From assembly GCF_964204865.1 (NCBI RefSeq), contig NC_135258.1, forward strand, positions 13,330,001 to 13,394,000: DNA of 64,000 nucleotides. Reading direction: 5' to 3'. The DNA comes from Styela clava. Taxonomy: Eukaryota. A program made the translations under genes and the position numbers. Positions 1-14,000 of this stretch are shown here, in pieces; within the stretch, counting starts at the first letter, position 1, and every line of letters starts with the position of its first letter. A model generated the notes under the pieces. The model ran no database searches. It saw only the letters and a list, made by a program, of their open reading frames with translations, and was not told the DNA's origin.

Positions 1-2056
1 ATGTACCATACTTGACATGTATAAATAGGGGTGAAAGACTATAAATATCTTGTGATTGAGATTTGTCAATATCTTATTTAAAGATTGAGAGTCAACAGTT
101 CACCAGAAGGTAAATAGATATTTCAATGTCGAGAAATCGAGATCCACTTCCAATAATAAATATTCGGTTCACGACAGGAAATGAATGATGAATGACAGCA
201 TTAAAGAGTTGTAGGAGAAATGCAATAAAAAATGCTGGATGGCAACATCTGTAAGCTAGTATACTTAACTATAGGATTCAAATGATAAAATTGAGAAAGT
301 TACAAAATAGAGTATGAAAGAGGGAAATAAGAGGCAATCACGCAATCTAAAAAGGTGAGTAAAAAAAGAAAGTGATTTTAACCACTATGTGGCAATTTTT
401 TTTCTTTTCATTCAAATATTCCAGAATTGATACTCTTTCCATGTTTAAAGTATATCTGATTAATCTTTAAAATAATTTTAGTCAATAAAACCGAAGTAGA
501 AGTCGAATTCTAAAAGTCAAGTACAAATAACTTTGAGACATATTAAATATACGGTAAATATAATAGTTTAACCAATCTTATCACATTCAAAAGTGAAGAG
601 TCACTTCTCATCAAGTTTAATTTCCGTTCAACTGATAAGATAAAAAGTTCAGTTCCAAGGGAATGACAAAGCATATTACGGTATACCATATTAGTGCAGG
701 TTACAAAAAAAATTGAAGAGTATACTAAGAATGTTTGGATGGAAATGATATGTATTTATGATAATATGATTTATAACCAGTTGCTATAAATAAGTGGCAC
801 TTCAAGAATGTCGGATTTTGAAACTTGACAGACAGAGAGAAATTTAGACAACCAAGTTTATTTGACAGTGATTAAAATTAGTTCATCACCATCAAGTATA
901 GTCAAAGATTAAGCAACATGTCATGAAAAGAGTTAAGCTTGAATGTTCCGGCAAACATTGGTAATCATGATGCTGTTTGGCATAATTAAATCGTATTTCC
1001 CATACCAAACACAGGTGAAAAAACAAAACTTAATATGTGTGGTTACTGTCGCAAACAATTCACTAACACAAAAAAACAAGAAGAAAGAAGCATTAATTAA
1101 GAACACCCTACTCTTATCAATTATAAAACTCATTTCAGATTGCAATAAACCACCAATACATAAAGTACCAAACATATAATTTGAGAATATTACGTACAAG
1201 CACTATGGAAACAAAAAGCTCTTCTCCTTAAACAGATTTATATAAAAAAAAGTCCAGCCAAAATAAATGTCCACAATACATGGTCGTAACAATTTAAGAC
1301 ATGTGAAAGTCTGCAACACCTGTTTAAAATTGAGTCATAAAATTTTTGTGATTGTTTTACGAGTTCATACGTCCGATGATGATGTGTTCATAAACCAATA
1401 TATCTAAATGTATTCAGACCGATTATTTACTTTTTGCAATAGCTGTCGAAGAGAAAGCACCTCATTAGGTCAAAGGACAGTCATTCAACAGACAAGTTGT
1501 ATCAGGATTATAGAAAAAATTCAAAAGCATGAAAAGTATTAATTTGTATAGCTTGAGAATAATGAGATATATAAATTAATGGAAGTTTTGATCTGGTACT
1601 AATCCCAAAGCAATATTCAACTTAAAAGAAACAATATTAACAGATGCATTAAAAACAGAGGTGTGAAAATACTGTTCGAACTGTTTTTGTGGGTTATTTT
1701 CCTATGAGACAGGCTCTGTACATACATACAATCAAACAGACTAAGTAAAGTACCGAGCTTTAAAAAATAAAATCTTTCTCTTTCGGCACTGCATGCATAA
1801 TTTGCATGCTCTTCCCTGTAGAGGTATGAATGAATAGTTACTACCTGTTCCTTCTTTAATGGCATGTCTAAGTCTTCAAATAAAAAGGCTGCAAAATACT
1901 ACTGAGTGAATATGCCCAAGACATCAGTGCATTTATGCTTAATGAAGGGCGAATCTCAAAATCATGAAATGAGAAAGATAAACTCACACTTAAAATGAAA
2001 TCAGATCTTGAAATTTTCTTTTACGTTTTTCAGCCTAAATTTCATAATCACTTATC

Positions 2057-5000
2057 ATGTGTGAAGACATTGCAGGATTGGAATGTTCATATTTAACCGT
2101 TTCTACAGAGAATCAAGGAAATGTATCACTCTTTACTTGGTGGTTGACGATTGGACATAATCCAAGGAGCAGTGTTACAAATATTATTCAATTTGTCATA
2201 CTTCTTATAATAACTATCATTGCCATCATAGCAAACATCATTGTACTGGTGGTGATTGTTTCTAATAAAAAATTAAGCAGAATACCAACACACCAATACA
2301 CAGGTGAGTGAACTATAAATTTACTATTTTGTTAACTTTATTATTAATTTACATGTATATCAAACGAAAAATACATCAAAATTCCATAACTTGGTGGTGT
2401 AGATATAATTTAACATATCATTTTCTAAATAGCATAAATAACATAACTACACCTTCCTCTATATAAAGACCTGTTAAAAAACTTGTATAAACAGTGATTT
2501 GAATAAACAATCCTAGCTAGGATATATTGAGAATTGACCGCATAACAAAATTGAACTTGTGACGTGATTTTATGAGCCCCCAGTATATCATCAAAATGGG
2601 TGAGTATGCTTCACAAACTTTAGCTAAACCCTAGAAGGGGTTCTATAATAATGAGAATTGGTAAAACTGATATATACAGATTCAAGTCTGTAACATAAAT
2701 CCTCAATTACACTGCCAATCTGTAGTTACTATCTAGGTAACTAATTTTCATTACAAATTTCAGCTGCACACAGCATCAACTATCTTTGGTTCATTTGTGT
2801 AGCGCCAATGTTACTTGCATCAAGAATGGCATATAGTTGGACATTCAGCGTAGGAGTATGCAAAGTGATATTATATACATTTTCTGTGACAACTTTCATT
2901 GCTATATGGATATTTGTATTTATAAGTATGGACAGGTAAGCAGTGTATTTACTTGTACTGTACTGTAGAGTCCCTAATTAGAATATATACATTTTACCAT
3001 TAATTACTGCTTTATTATTCAACATAGAATGGCTAAATTGTATCAGTTGGTAGTTTCACATATTGCTTCTTAATGACCTAATGCAGGCTATGCTTGGTGT
3101 ATAATATTAAAAACAAGTTTAGTTTTGACACTGAGTTTTCTAAAATAAGTCAAAACTTGGCCATGTAATCAAGCATGATAACTATTTTTCATATCCCTAT
3201 AAAATACATCAGTAACCCAAGTTGATTGAATTACATTATCGGGACATGTCAACCAATCAGTATTTATTGGTTTATTCATCGCTTTCCTATTGTCATTTTA
3301 TTAAATTGATCAAAAAATTGTACCGAACATATATATTTATTCAATATAGTATTCAACAAATCGAAGCTGCTGTTATAACAAAGCAATTTTAAAACTTGAT
3401 ACTGTAATGACCACGCAATAAGCCATGAAATAATTTATGAAAAATTTCTGGGAATCGAAATATTTAAATTAGCTTTAACTCATTTACACATTTTATTATG
3501 TGTGTTACACATCCACTAATATCGTATATATATTCTTCACTTCACCATGAAATATCTTTTAATGTCAATATTAGTAATATAGTTAGTTGACTAACATAGT
3601 CCTAGTTGACCACTGGGACATATGGACAATGGAATAATGTCAATGATGATGTAGACTGGAAATTTAATTATATTGATTTCATGATAAATCACTAATAGGT
3701 CAAGGAAACATTGATGATGTAAAAATGTCAAAAATCATATTCATAGTTGAGTATTATGTAATGACGATAACGAAAACGTCACATGAAGGATTGTTATATT
3801 TACCGGGTGTCTTTTTCTTCAAATAATTGGACTATTTATAAAAGAAACATACATTAAAATAATTTTTCACAAGTTTCATTCCAATTTTCTAAAAACAAAA
3901 TAATTTTGCAATCAAAATATGCAAAAATTCACAATTATTTCGCTGATAAAATTCCATTATCTCAATGGACAAAATTCAACTTATTTTTGAAATACAATTA
4001 TTTCTCAAAATAACATTTTGTATAATTCAGATTGTTTTTCCTGTTACCAGGCATGTTCATGTTGTGCAAAGTGTAAAAAAGAGCAAACTTTCGAAAATTT
4101 ATCCAAAGAATCCAGCAATGGCAACTTTGATTATGGTGGCATTCAGTGTGGTGTATTATATTCCCTTACTACTTTATTTCAACGTATTTCCTGTTGTAGA
4201 ACATAGCAAATGTGCTAATGAAACAAAATGCCACTTGGGCGATCCTGATGCAGAGGTAAGTCAATGAAATTATATTTGTAAAAATTGCCAATGCAAGGTC
4301 ATAACTATAACTGAGATATAGTAAAAAAAGTAGTCTTATCTTTGTTAAATGCTCTAAGTCAGGGGTGTTCAACAGGCTGTTGTGGGCCACAACCCAAGCC
4401 CTTGTCAACCCTCAGATTTTTCCCCATCAAGCATAAAATCATTTTGGACAGTTTATGTCTAAAAAGGAGATCACATGAGTAAAAATACATACGGTAAGGT
4501 TTTTTTTGCTCCTGTCGCTGAATTGAATCTTTCGCCGTTTTGCCCGATGCCTTTATTACTGGAATTCGTTGTGTACATGGAAAAACTTTTTTGTGTGGCC
4601 CAGCTAGATGTCTAAAGTTGGTTTTTGGCCCACCACCAAAAAAAGTTATGTTTTTCTGCTCTTTTAAAAAAAAGACCTATTTTTGTATTTCAAACTACTT
4701 TTGTATACTCATCTTTTTTCTACCATGAAAATTAAAATTTTGTTTTTCTTCCAGATATACATCTGCTCATCTTTGTGGCCAGATCCAGAAGGAGCATTGG
4801 CATGGAACTTGATAATGCTTTTCATAGCATATTTATTTCCGCTAATGGTTATATGCTATAATTATTGGCAAATTTACTCAAATGTAAAAAAAGTTGGGAA
4901 AAAAGTAAGAAAAAAGAAGAACGGACGAAGAAGTAATTAAGAATAAATACTTGTTATATAAGTTATTTGGTAAAGGGTTGGTCTGATGGTTACTGCATTA

Positions 5001-8000
5001 GCAAAACCATGTTGGCTATGCAAGTTACCGATAATCGTTTTGAGAACCTTTCAGTAAAGTCATAACTCAATTCAAGCTGATTAGGTCCCCAAGGGTGTAA
5101 AAAAAATTGAGTAGGCCTATGTCAAGCCTTACCTAAGTGGCTGCAACCATAAAATTTTGTGTATACACAAAGGATGTGAGTCATGTATTATATATATATA
5201 TATATATCATTGGTTCCCAACCGCCGGTCCGCGGACCGGTGCCGGTCCGCGAAGCTTTTTTGCCGGTCCGCGAGAAAATTTTGGTGTTTTGTTGTTTTTA
5301 TGCCGTCTAAATCGCTTTACCGAGGACGAGGTCGCGTTGGTTTATTACGCAATTTCTCTTCCGCCGTCATATTGCGACATCTTGGCGCCGAGTAATCATA
5401 CTTTTCGCTTTTTCGGCTCCGATTCATCTCGAATGCGCTCCGATCTCTTTGACGAGGTCGATTAATTACGCAATTTCTCTTCCGCCGTCATATTGCGACG
5501 TCTTTCGCGACATCTTGGCGCCAAGTAATCACACTTTTGCTCATCGTGAATGCGCTCCATCGAATCTCGCAAGATTCAGAAACCTAAAAATTGGCACGCG
5601 TGCTTTTTCTGTTTTGCATGCTTTTCCTGATTAATATGACCACCCAAATAAAACGTTACGCATATTTCTTTGTTCAAAACAAAAAACAGTCAAGAAAAGT
5701 ATAATACTACAGTAAAATATGGCAGGTGGTCACGAGGAGCGCAAAAAAGCATGGGCCGCTGAGATCTTTCCCAGTATCTTGAGCAGACAAAGTAGGATTT
5801 TGAGCCTGGTGCCAAATTACCGACGACTTTGTCATTGTAATGTAAATTCCCTCCGTTTGAAGCATCGATCAACTGCAGAGGGATTAATATGATGAACCCA
5901 ATGAAAAAGCTTGATTCAAATTGTGATTATACTTTACAGTCCAGATTTAAAAAAGAATCACTGTCACAATTTTGGATATCTCTTGATAACGAATACCCAT
6001 CGCTAAGTAATCGAGCAATCAAACTGTTGTCCGTATTTTCAACGAGTTACTTATATTTTTATTACTTATATATAAAAATATTTTCATCACTAGCTTCAAT
6101 TAAAGCGAAGCAAGGAAATTGGCTGCACGCCGCTGCAGGGCTACGTGTTGCAGAAACTTCCTTGAGGCATCGTTTGCAATCCTATATTGGAAACTAAACA
6201 GCAGCAAAATTTTCACTAGAGTTAATTGCGTTTGTACATGATTTGACATGTACATGTTTTTTATGTGAGATGTTTTATGTGTGCCTTCCTTACGAATAAT
6301 GGGCGCCCAGCACCAAAGCATTACGCAAATATTTTTGGCCGTCACATTATTGGATAGTTTTTCTTCGTGTGAGCTGTTTTTAAGTGTGCCTTTTTTTGTC
6401 TAGATGCATATTGAGTGCCCGACATTGCATTGTATTACGCAAATACATGTTATTCTTTTATGTTCCGGTCATTTCAATTTTTTGCCGGTCCGCCAGGGTA
6501 GAAAGGTTGGGAACCACTGATATATATGATAACTGAATGATAGGAGTCCTTCAACTTCATACCTATAGTTTATATACAAAAAGATGTTGAAAAATTTCTT
6601 GATAAAAGGTGTAGAGTAATCAAATCAATCAACATTTCATGGGTTTGGCAAAGAGTGATTTTTAGTTTTTAGCAAAAAATTGTTTTGTCTATGATTACAT
6701 TTATTTTACAGTTTCCAAAAGAGAAATGGAGATACGAGTAACTAGAACATGTGCCATGCTTGTTGTACTCTTCGTATTGATGTGGACTCCAATATTTATT
6801 GTTCTTTACTTTGTTCAATATGCCAGGGTGAGTACATGCTACAGGATATTAAAAGTGATTTAAAGTAAAACGATAATATTACTACTCTTCCCCATTAAAT
6901 CATATAACATTTGAAAACTTTTGAGATTTTAAATTCCATTTAAACATTTTCTTCCTCCTATGAAAGACTCGCACAAGAAATTCTTAGACACGATTTATGA
7001 AACAGTTGTAAATAACGTGAAAATTGCCCTCAGATGCTTTGTAAGTAGAACACATAAAACATACACACAAAATAATGTTACTCATATCCTTGAATTCAAT
7101 TTTTTTTTTCGACACATTTTAAAAACACAGTTCACTATGTTTACTCAAGATACTAAATTTCATTAAGTAGCATAAATAAGAACAACATGTAAAAAGGGTT
7201 GAGAGATAACGAAATATCTGTCTAAAATGTCTTTTTAAATATGGTGAGCAAAAAACAGTAAAACCTTTGTAAATCATAACTCGAGCAATACTTCAAAGAA
7301 ACCACTGAAGAAAGCATTGAATTTAATTGAATAAATTTCCCTTGATTAAAAATAAAAAAAGGATTTATGCTATTCACATGAGATAATTAACTGATCTATA
7401 TCTCCTTTTATTTGCATTAGTTAATCAAACTGAATAGTAAGTTATTAAACTTAAAATTCCAATATTCTGAACTTATCTACTAAAGAGGATTGCAGCAATT
7501 GTAATATGGCAATTATTCATGAATCTTGAATTTAAAGAGTAGTATTACATTTAATTCCATAAACGGAAAGTTAAATCAAAATCAATTCCAGATTTAATAA
7601 TATGATATGAACCGAAAATCAAGGTCTGTCTGAATATCATTCAAGATACTCACTGATTCTTTTGTTAATTTTTTAGGTACAAAGAAAAGAGTCCAATGTC
7701 GTGTCAGCAGACACATTTTACTGGATATTTTGTTTAACATTAGCAAATGCTACGGTTAATCCAATGGTTTATGCATTTTTCAACAAGAAATTTTTAAAAG
7801 CTTGGGAAGACTATAGGTATAGTATACTTCTTTCTATAAATTACTGAATTACATTCAGAATATTAATCAAACTTCTTGAACTCCAACTTGTAATTTGAGT
7901 TCATTTACAATCAAGATATATCTAGCAATTCTAAAATGTATATAGCTACACATTAGTATGCAATACATAGTATTCCCTTTCCTCCTTTTTCATGGCAATG

Positions 8001-9353
8001 TATGTATGTATGGCAATGTATGTTACCAGATGTTTCACATTTTTTTAAAAATGGACTAGAAATAATTCATTCCTTTTGTTTCTTTTTGATCTCACAACAG
8101 ACAATCAACAGTTATTTTTGTATGTAGAAGCCATTGTAACTCCATTATTTTAAAAGTCAATTCACTTCACCACTAATTCCAAATTAGTATAGATTCTAAT
8201 GACCAGAAAAAAATTTTGAAAAACTGATTATTAATTAATTATATAATGATAATAATTTGAAATAGAAAAAGAATTTGCTCACTTTGAATTCTACTTTTAA
8301 ATCTGAAGTTTTATGAAATAAAATTTTAGCACTAAAATTTTAGCAAAGGATTTACTGGAATCATTCTTTCGCATGAAAATTATTACGGCATCCAACATTT
8401 AACCAAACAACTATAACTAGCAATAAAATTGTCTTAAAACATTTTACAAGTCTTCTAGTAGACAATATAAAAATTACATAAAATCTAACAATATTTCACA
8501 AAATTTATTACTGTCATAATAATAATGAGCAAAGGATCTACTCGTCTATCTCCTATTGTTCACATTTTTTTAAAAGAATATGTATTTGTATAATGTCTGT
8601 GAACTCGGCAAGCCTCTTTGAAGATAAGATAATAAAAATTGTGAAGCATTTGATACATTTGTTATAAGGTTCAAATATTATGAGCGTATTTCAGTGAAGT
8701 AGGGTCGAATGTATAAACTGATAAAAAATATTTCCAATTTTTAATCTATATTTGTAGTAAACTAAATTACATAATGAATATTTCCCAATGCCATAAGCAT
8801 TTCAAATTTCCAGTTTCTAAATTAACCATGTTGTTTTAAAAAGGTTACGAATATATCAACCATTTGATAAAAATAGATCCTTTAAATTCATCAAGTAAAT
8901 TAATGATGATGACATATAAGATTTTGAAAAATATTGCTAGATGCATGTGTGAAACGAAAGATAATATGACATTCATACTCACAAAAAATCTCTTAGCTAT
9001 TGTAAATTTTCTTGAGGATAAAAACTCAATTTATTCCGATTATCAATTAACAGTTAAAAACGATTTAATACAGATTACCAATGATGGAAAAATGTTCATG
9101 TTGGCAAGAACTGGTGAAAAAGTCAAAAGCATTAAAAGTTGAACCAACATCTCAAAGTACTTCATCTTCAAAAAATAAAACTGGACGAAAAAGTAACAAA
9201 AACACATCATCTGATCCAACACCTCTAAAAACTGTGTCCTGTATTATAAACAATGCAACCCATGAACAGGAAGACGGCAGAAACATTAATGAATGTATAC
9301 AAAAAGAAGTGGAAGTCATTGTATCTGCTCCGAAAGAAGATGTTGAATCATAG
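2057..9353 (+). CDS. Class A GPCR, free fatty acid receptor 4 (GPR120)-like, ~445 aa, 7 coding exons
   Basis: Exons 2057-2303, 2764-2935, 4051-4255, 4755-4932, 6712-6827, 7677-7816, 9074-9353. All introns are GT-AG with consistent phases (1338 nt). Seven hydrophobic segments. Motifs IAN (TM1), PMLLASRMAYSW..CKVILY, SMDRH, EIYICSSLWP, LMWTP, FYW and ANATVNPMVY closely parallel human FFAR4 (PLVLAVRWTEAW..CHLLFY, EISICTLIWP, IMWSP, FFW, ANSALNPILY). The last exon was chosen by phase. Confidence 0.85.
4360..4650. mobile_element. Degenerate hAT-type MITE fragment
   Basis: Begins CAGGGGTGTTCAAC and has GGCCC-type subterminal motifs near 4385, 4597 and 4627. The right TIR is not recognisable. Confidence 0.4.
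5188..5207. repeat. (TA)n microsatellite
   Basis: About 10 TA units. The hAT element at 5208 inserted into this tract. Confidence 0.9.
5208..6519 (+). mobile_element. Non-autonomous hAT (Buster/Charlie group) deletion derivative in GPCR intron 4
   Basis: 15-bp TIRs CATTGGTTCCCAACC / GGTTGGGAACCACTG (1 mismatch). 8-bp TSD ATATATAT. GCCGGTCCGC subterminal repeats (3 left, 1 right). Transposase C-terminal remnant at 5889-6197. Confidence 0.92.
5889..6197 (+). pseudogene. hAT transposase C-terminal dimerisation-domain remnant (ZBED5/Buster-like)
   Basis: CDYTLQSRF..SLSQFW..EYPSLSNRAIKLLSVFSTSYL..FSSLASIKAK..LRVA matches the Buster-family C-terminus. The conserved YLCE motif is disrupted and the catalytic region is absent. 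Confidence 0.88.
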
Positions 9354-11099
9354 CTATATTATAACAAGATGCTTTTTATATTCATCCTGAATTCTTTGGG
9401 TACAATCACACGCAAACAGAAGTTCAAGTGTTCCAATGTTAAATAGATTTCCTCCAGTTTCATGGAGGTAATTAAAAAATTTATGAGTTCTGTTTTTTTG
9501 GTCAACCTGCTTTTACTGCTACATTTTTGTTCCATTTTGTTTGTTTTTAATATTTCATTCAAGTTGAATATGGTCAAATTCTATGTTATAATAACTCAAT
9601 TTCAGATCATAAAAATTTATTTGATGTTGAACCTTGGCTTTCGCTGCTCGATATCAAATTTTGGTTCCCCGTGGCTTACCTTCCGCAGTAAAAATATGTG
9701 TTAAATTTCATTTATTTTTATATAAATATGCACTTTATTTTTTTACTGGATTGAATAGAAAAAAAAACTTGACTATAACTACATTTTAAATGTTAAATTA
9801 TGTTACTAGATCAAGATTTTGTCTAAAAACGATTACAGGTAACTTAACATGCTCAAACAGAAATGGGAAAGGACCTATTTGAATAAACACACTGGCTTGC
9901 ATCATATTATCACCTTCAAATTTCTTATACAATTTTAGAATTGACTTTGTGTGTGACGAAAAAAGACACACATCCTTTTTTTTTAAATGCAAGTTTCCTC
10001 CATATATCCCAAGAGATAGCAGCAAAATCAATAAAAATAAATTCAAAAGCCAAGCATAGTCTCACAAAATATCTCGAGTACCATATTCTCTTCCACAACT
10101 GTTTTTTATATCTCAATTACAATTCATTTATTGCATAACTACTGTATTCATTGTGTGTATTAATAGATGACAATGTACCGAACGTTTGCAAAGGTACCGG
10201 TATACTATATTAAAATATCAACTCATGACCAGAGGTCATAAGCACTGTAGTTTCATAATACTGAAATTTATTTATTGTGTGTAAATATAAACTGAATAAA
10301 TACATGGTGTGCAACAAGTTATTATAGATAAGATTAGTTTTAGATAGATATGTTTTATTATGTTGTGGAATTCTTATCGAAAAATGGCACATGTCACTAA
10401 GACTATGGAGTGCCAGATCCTTTTTCATAGGTTCGCCAGCCAAGCTTCAATGAGAATAATTGCAGCTTAAGATGAAGTTACATATTACATTTTAACAGTT
10501 ATTATTCAAAATAGCTTCTGATTTCCATTTTTAGCAAAGTCTCCAAATTTTGAAATTAAGTGCTAACAAACATCTTCATGCAAAAAAGTAGTAACAGCTA
10601 TTTATTTGAAGTCTACATTGTCTTCTATAACTGGGAGTAGGAATCGATAATAACAGCCTTCTATTTATTGATATTTAGCAAACATAGGAACTTTCAAACT
10701 CTTCCAATTTTCGTTTCATTCAATATTTGTGGAATTATTCTAAATGCGAATCTCTATGTTGCAACATTAGCAGTGTATATGTTATATCGAATATATTTAT
10801 TTTGAGATTTTCCACAAATGGTCTTCATCATGAAATTCTTTATAGCAAAGCTGCTTTCATAATTATGAATGCAATCATGTTTATTTGGTTTGATTTTGTG
10901 TTGTATCATATCAATACTATAACACAATAATAAAAATACAACAAGACAAAATAAATTATTTCACAACAACAAAGTTATTAAAGAGCTGATGAAAAAAAAA
11001 TTTTGTTAGCATATGTAGAGTAAGTAGTATATCTTGACTTTACAACTCATCGTAAAATTGAACAAAAATAGATAATTTTTTTCAGTTTATTTACCCTAA

Positions 11100-14000
11100 T
11101 TATTTCACTTCAATACAGCCTTCCATCTACAGAAATTAAATAATCAAGTATGTTAGGCCATAAATCTAAAAATATAAAATCTCTTACCAATTCCATTAGT
11201 TTCTTTTCAACAGCTCTTGTGTCTAATTGTACTTCGATGGGAGAAGAATCTGAATCACCAGCAGATCCATCATCTTTCACTTGCTGTAAAATTGGAATAG
11301 GAAATATTTTTTCCCAACCAATACTACTTTACTGATATTCAAGTTTGCAGCTTCATTCCAATTTTCGATTACACTAAACTGATCAATCATTTTAAAAACT
11401 ATGTTGTATGTCAAGGTTACTTTGTTTTCATATTCTATACATCCCCTGATAGTTCTCAAATAGGGAAAATTAATGTGAAATCATTTCTGGATGAAATGTT
11501 TCCCAAATTCCAAATGCTGTTTATTTGGAAATAATTGTTGGTATAAATGTAAAACTAATCATACTAGAATTGCCTTTACTTATGCACAGGAAAACAATAT
11601 TATTACATTTAATATACATGGCGACTCAAAAAAAAAACAGAACTCAGGTCATTTAGATTTTAGAACATAACGCATTCTAGAAAAAACATAACTTTTGTGA
11701 AAAGTTTCCTGATTACAGAAACTTTTGGATACAATCACACACAAACAGAAGTTTAAGTGGTAAATAAATTTCCTTCATTTCCATATAAGTAATTGCAGTA
11801 ACTATGAATTCTGCTCTTGGGTCACTCTGTAAATTCAAATCCTCTTGATGAGTGCTTCATAGGTACCAATGCAGAGTAATAAATTCAAAAATTTGATAAA
11901 ATTTAATAAAATAAGCACCCAAGGTTGGAGAGGAATTTCAGTCGGATGAAGGCTTTTCCTTCTAAGACTTGCAGTTGATGGTCGACGAGTTTTCTTCAAA
12001 ATATGCTGAAATATTTGTATTATAAATAGATATCGTCACCAAAGTCAAATAACATACTATTCTGAATGATTTCTAAAATAATAGTGCAAAAATATCAACA
12101 CTGTTTCGATTGGATTTCAGCAGTTTTCATTAAATTAAGTAGGTAGTTTTCAGTTCGGTAAACAAATCTCAAATATACAGTATCATGGAATGGAAATATT
12201 GAAATGCAAATATTCTAAATTATTGAACTAAATTTGTTATTAAAATTAGGAATGGTACGGTACTTCTCATCAGTATTATGCAAACCAATTCATTTCACAC
12301 AATCTTAAAAGCCTGATTATTTAGCCTAATTCCAGTAGGTAGTAGTGGAAAATATTGGAACTGGTATCAGAAAACATACCCACTCCAATAAAATTCAGGT
12401 TATCACAATGATTAAGCGAATCACAATAATTCTGCAATGCTTCAATTTATAAAAAATATCACAATTAACCCTTTCCATGCGATTTTTATTTTTTATTAAA
12501 TAATCGTGTTTGCTACGCCGACTTTATGCATTTGTACCCCCACAACTAACTGACGGCTCGTTGGAAAGCCTATTTAAAGAGCTTGCAATTGGCAATTAAA
12601 AAAATTTTTTTTTTCAAAAGGGGTGGTCTGAGTCACAAACCGGATAGAAAAAAGGCATTTTTTTTTTCTTGGGTGTTGAAACTTCAAACTGTGATAAAAA
12701 ATAGAAATATTCGCTAAATCCTTTACTGTTACCGCTTCTTGGTTGGCAAACAATAACATAATATTGCTGTAGCAATTTCGTTATCCAACTCAAAATACTT
12801 TGGTAGATGGAAGGGATAATATGTCTTCTATTACCACTCAAAAAACACCGAAATTTGCATAAATTTCAAAAACACTCCCTCGTTCCGGCGCAAATAAAAT
12901 TCCCATGGTAAATGAAAGCGAGATTTATCGTCGCTTATGTTTATTTCGAAGAAGACTTCCTATCAATAAACTAAAACCTGGAAAAACTAGACCAACAGTT
13001 TGCGACCGATTGCTAAATAAAACAGTGGAGTACATCAACGTACCCGCCGCAATCTAGCAAGTTTTGTCGTGGGTACGTATACGTGCCCACCGCACGGAAA
13101 GGGTTAAATGAAATACCTTGGCTGACAATGGCCTATCATGAGCAGAACTAGTCTTCTTCTTTTTTCTATCTTTCTGCATCGATTCAACAGCAAATACAAC
13201 ATTCATTCCTTTTTTCATCATATCTTTTGCATCTATTTCAGCACTCGCAAATCTAAACAAATATAAGCAACAGTATAGTACTTAATAACACTCAAGTTTG
13301 AAAGGACAAATAGGGCACCAAATATAATTTCCGCATTCAGAAAGCAATTCAGAGTATTCCAAACCAAAAGTAAGTATTGCAGGGAATATTGAACCCTTCC
13401 AGTATTGTTAACAATAATAGCAACTCCTCAGTATTAGCCATAAAACACAACATAAGCTAATAAGAAAAAATTTACATCAGTCGATTTCATTTCTGTTAAA
13501 ATGATAAGGATGTCAGAGCATAATTATAAACAACTCTATATAAATAATTGCTAGGTTTGCTTGTGTTTGCAGAGTCCAATCCCATACAGGATAGTTATGT
13601 GCAAGATACGATTGATGAATTATTTGCAGTAAGGATGTTCACATAACCACTTCAGTTACAGCTTCCTATAATAAGTGCTTGCACCTGGAATTTTAACTGG
13701 ATAGTTACTCCCTTTTAGTTTTTATCCCCCAGGCTAAATATGAAAATACTATCTAAACACATAGGCCACTGTGACAAATACTTACCTTGATTTTATGGGT
13801 TGTGTTGCAACAATTTCATCTTTCTTTTTTTTTGACATTTTCCTAATAGCTTTTGCTACAACTACACCAGTAGAAAGTTTCTCTTTCAAATCAACTTTCT
13901 TCTCAGCCTTTGAAAACAATGAAATAGATGAAAGATTAGATTAGAAAAGATTGGCCGTATTTCATAGGGTAGAAGGCAATTTCACACCTTTACTCTGAAC

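Noticed and set aside
933-1865. Short ORFs upstream of the GPCR, and most other 60-100 aa intronic ORFs
   Set aside because: AT-rich, F/I/L/K-biased, often with non-ATG starts, and lacking splice support or motifs.
8814-9142. Acceptor at 8813 and ORF 8864-9142 as the GPCR C-terminus
   Set aside because: A phase-2 join to 8814 hits a stop after two codons, and the 8864 ORF is in another frame. The acceptor at 9073 gives a continuous Cys-containing tail.
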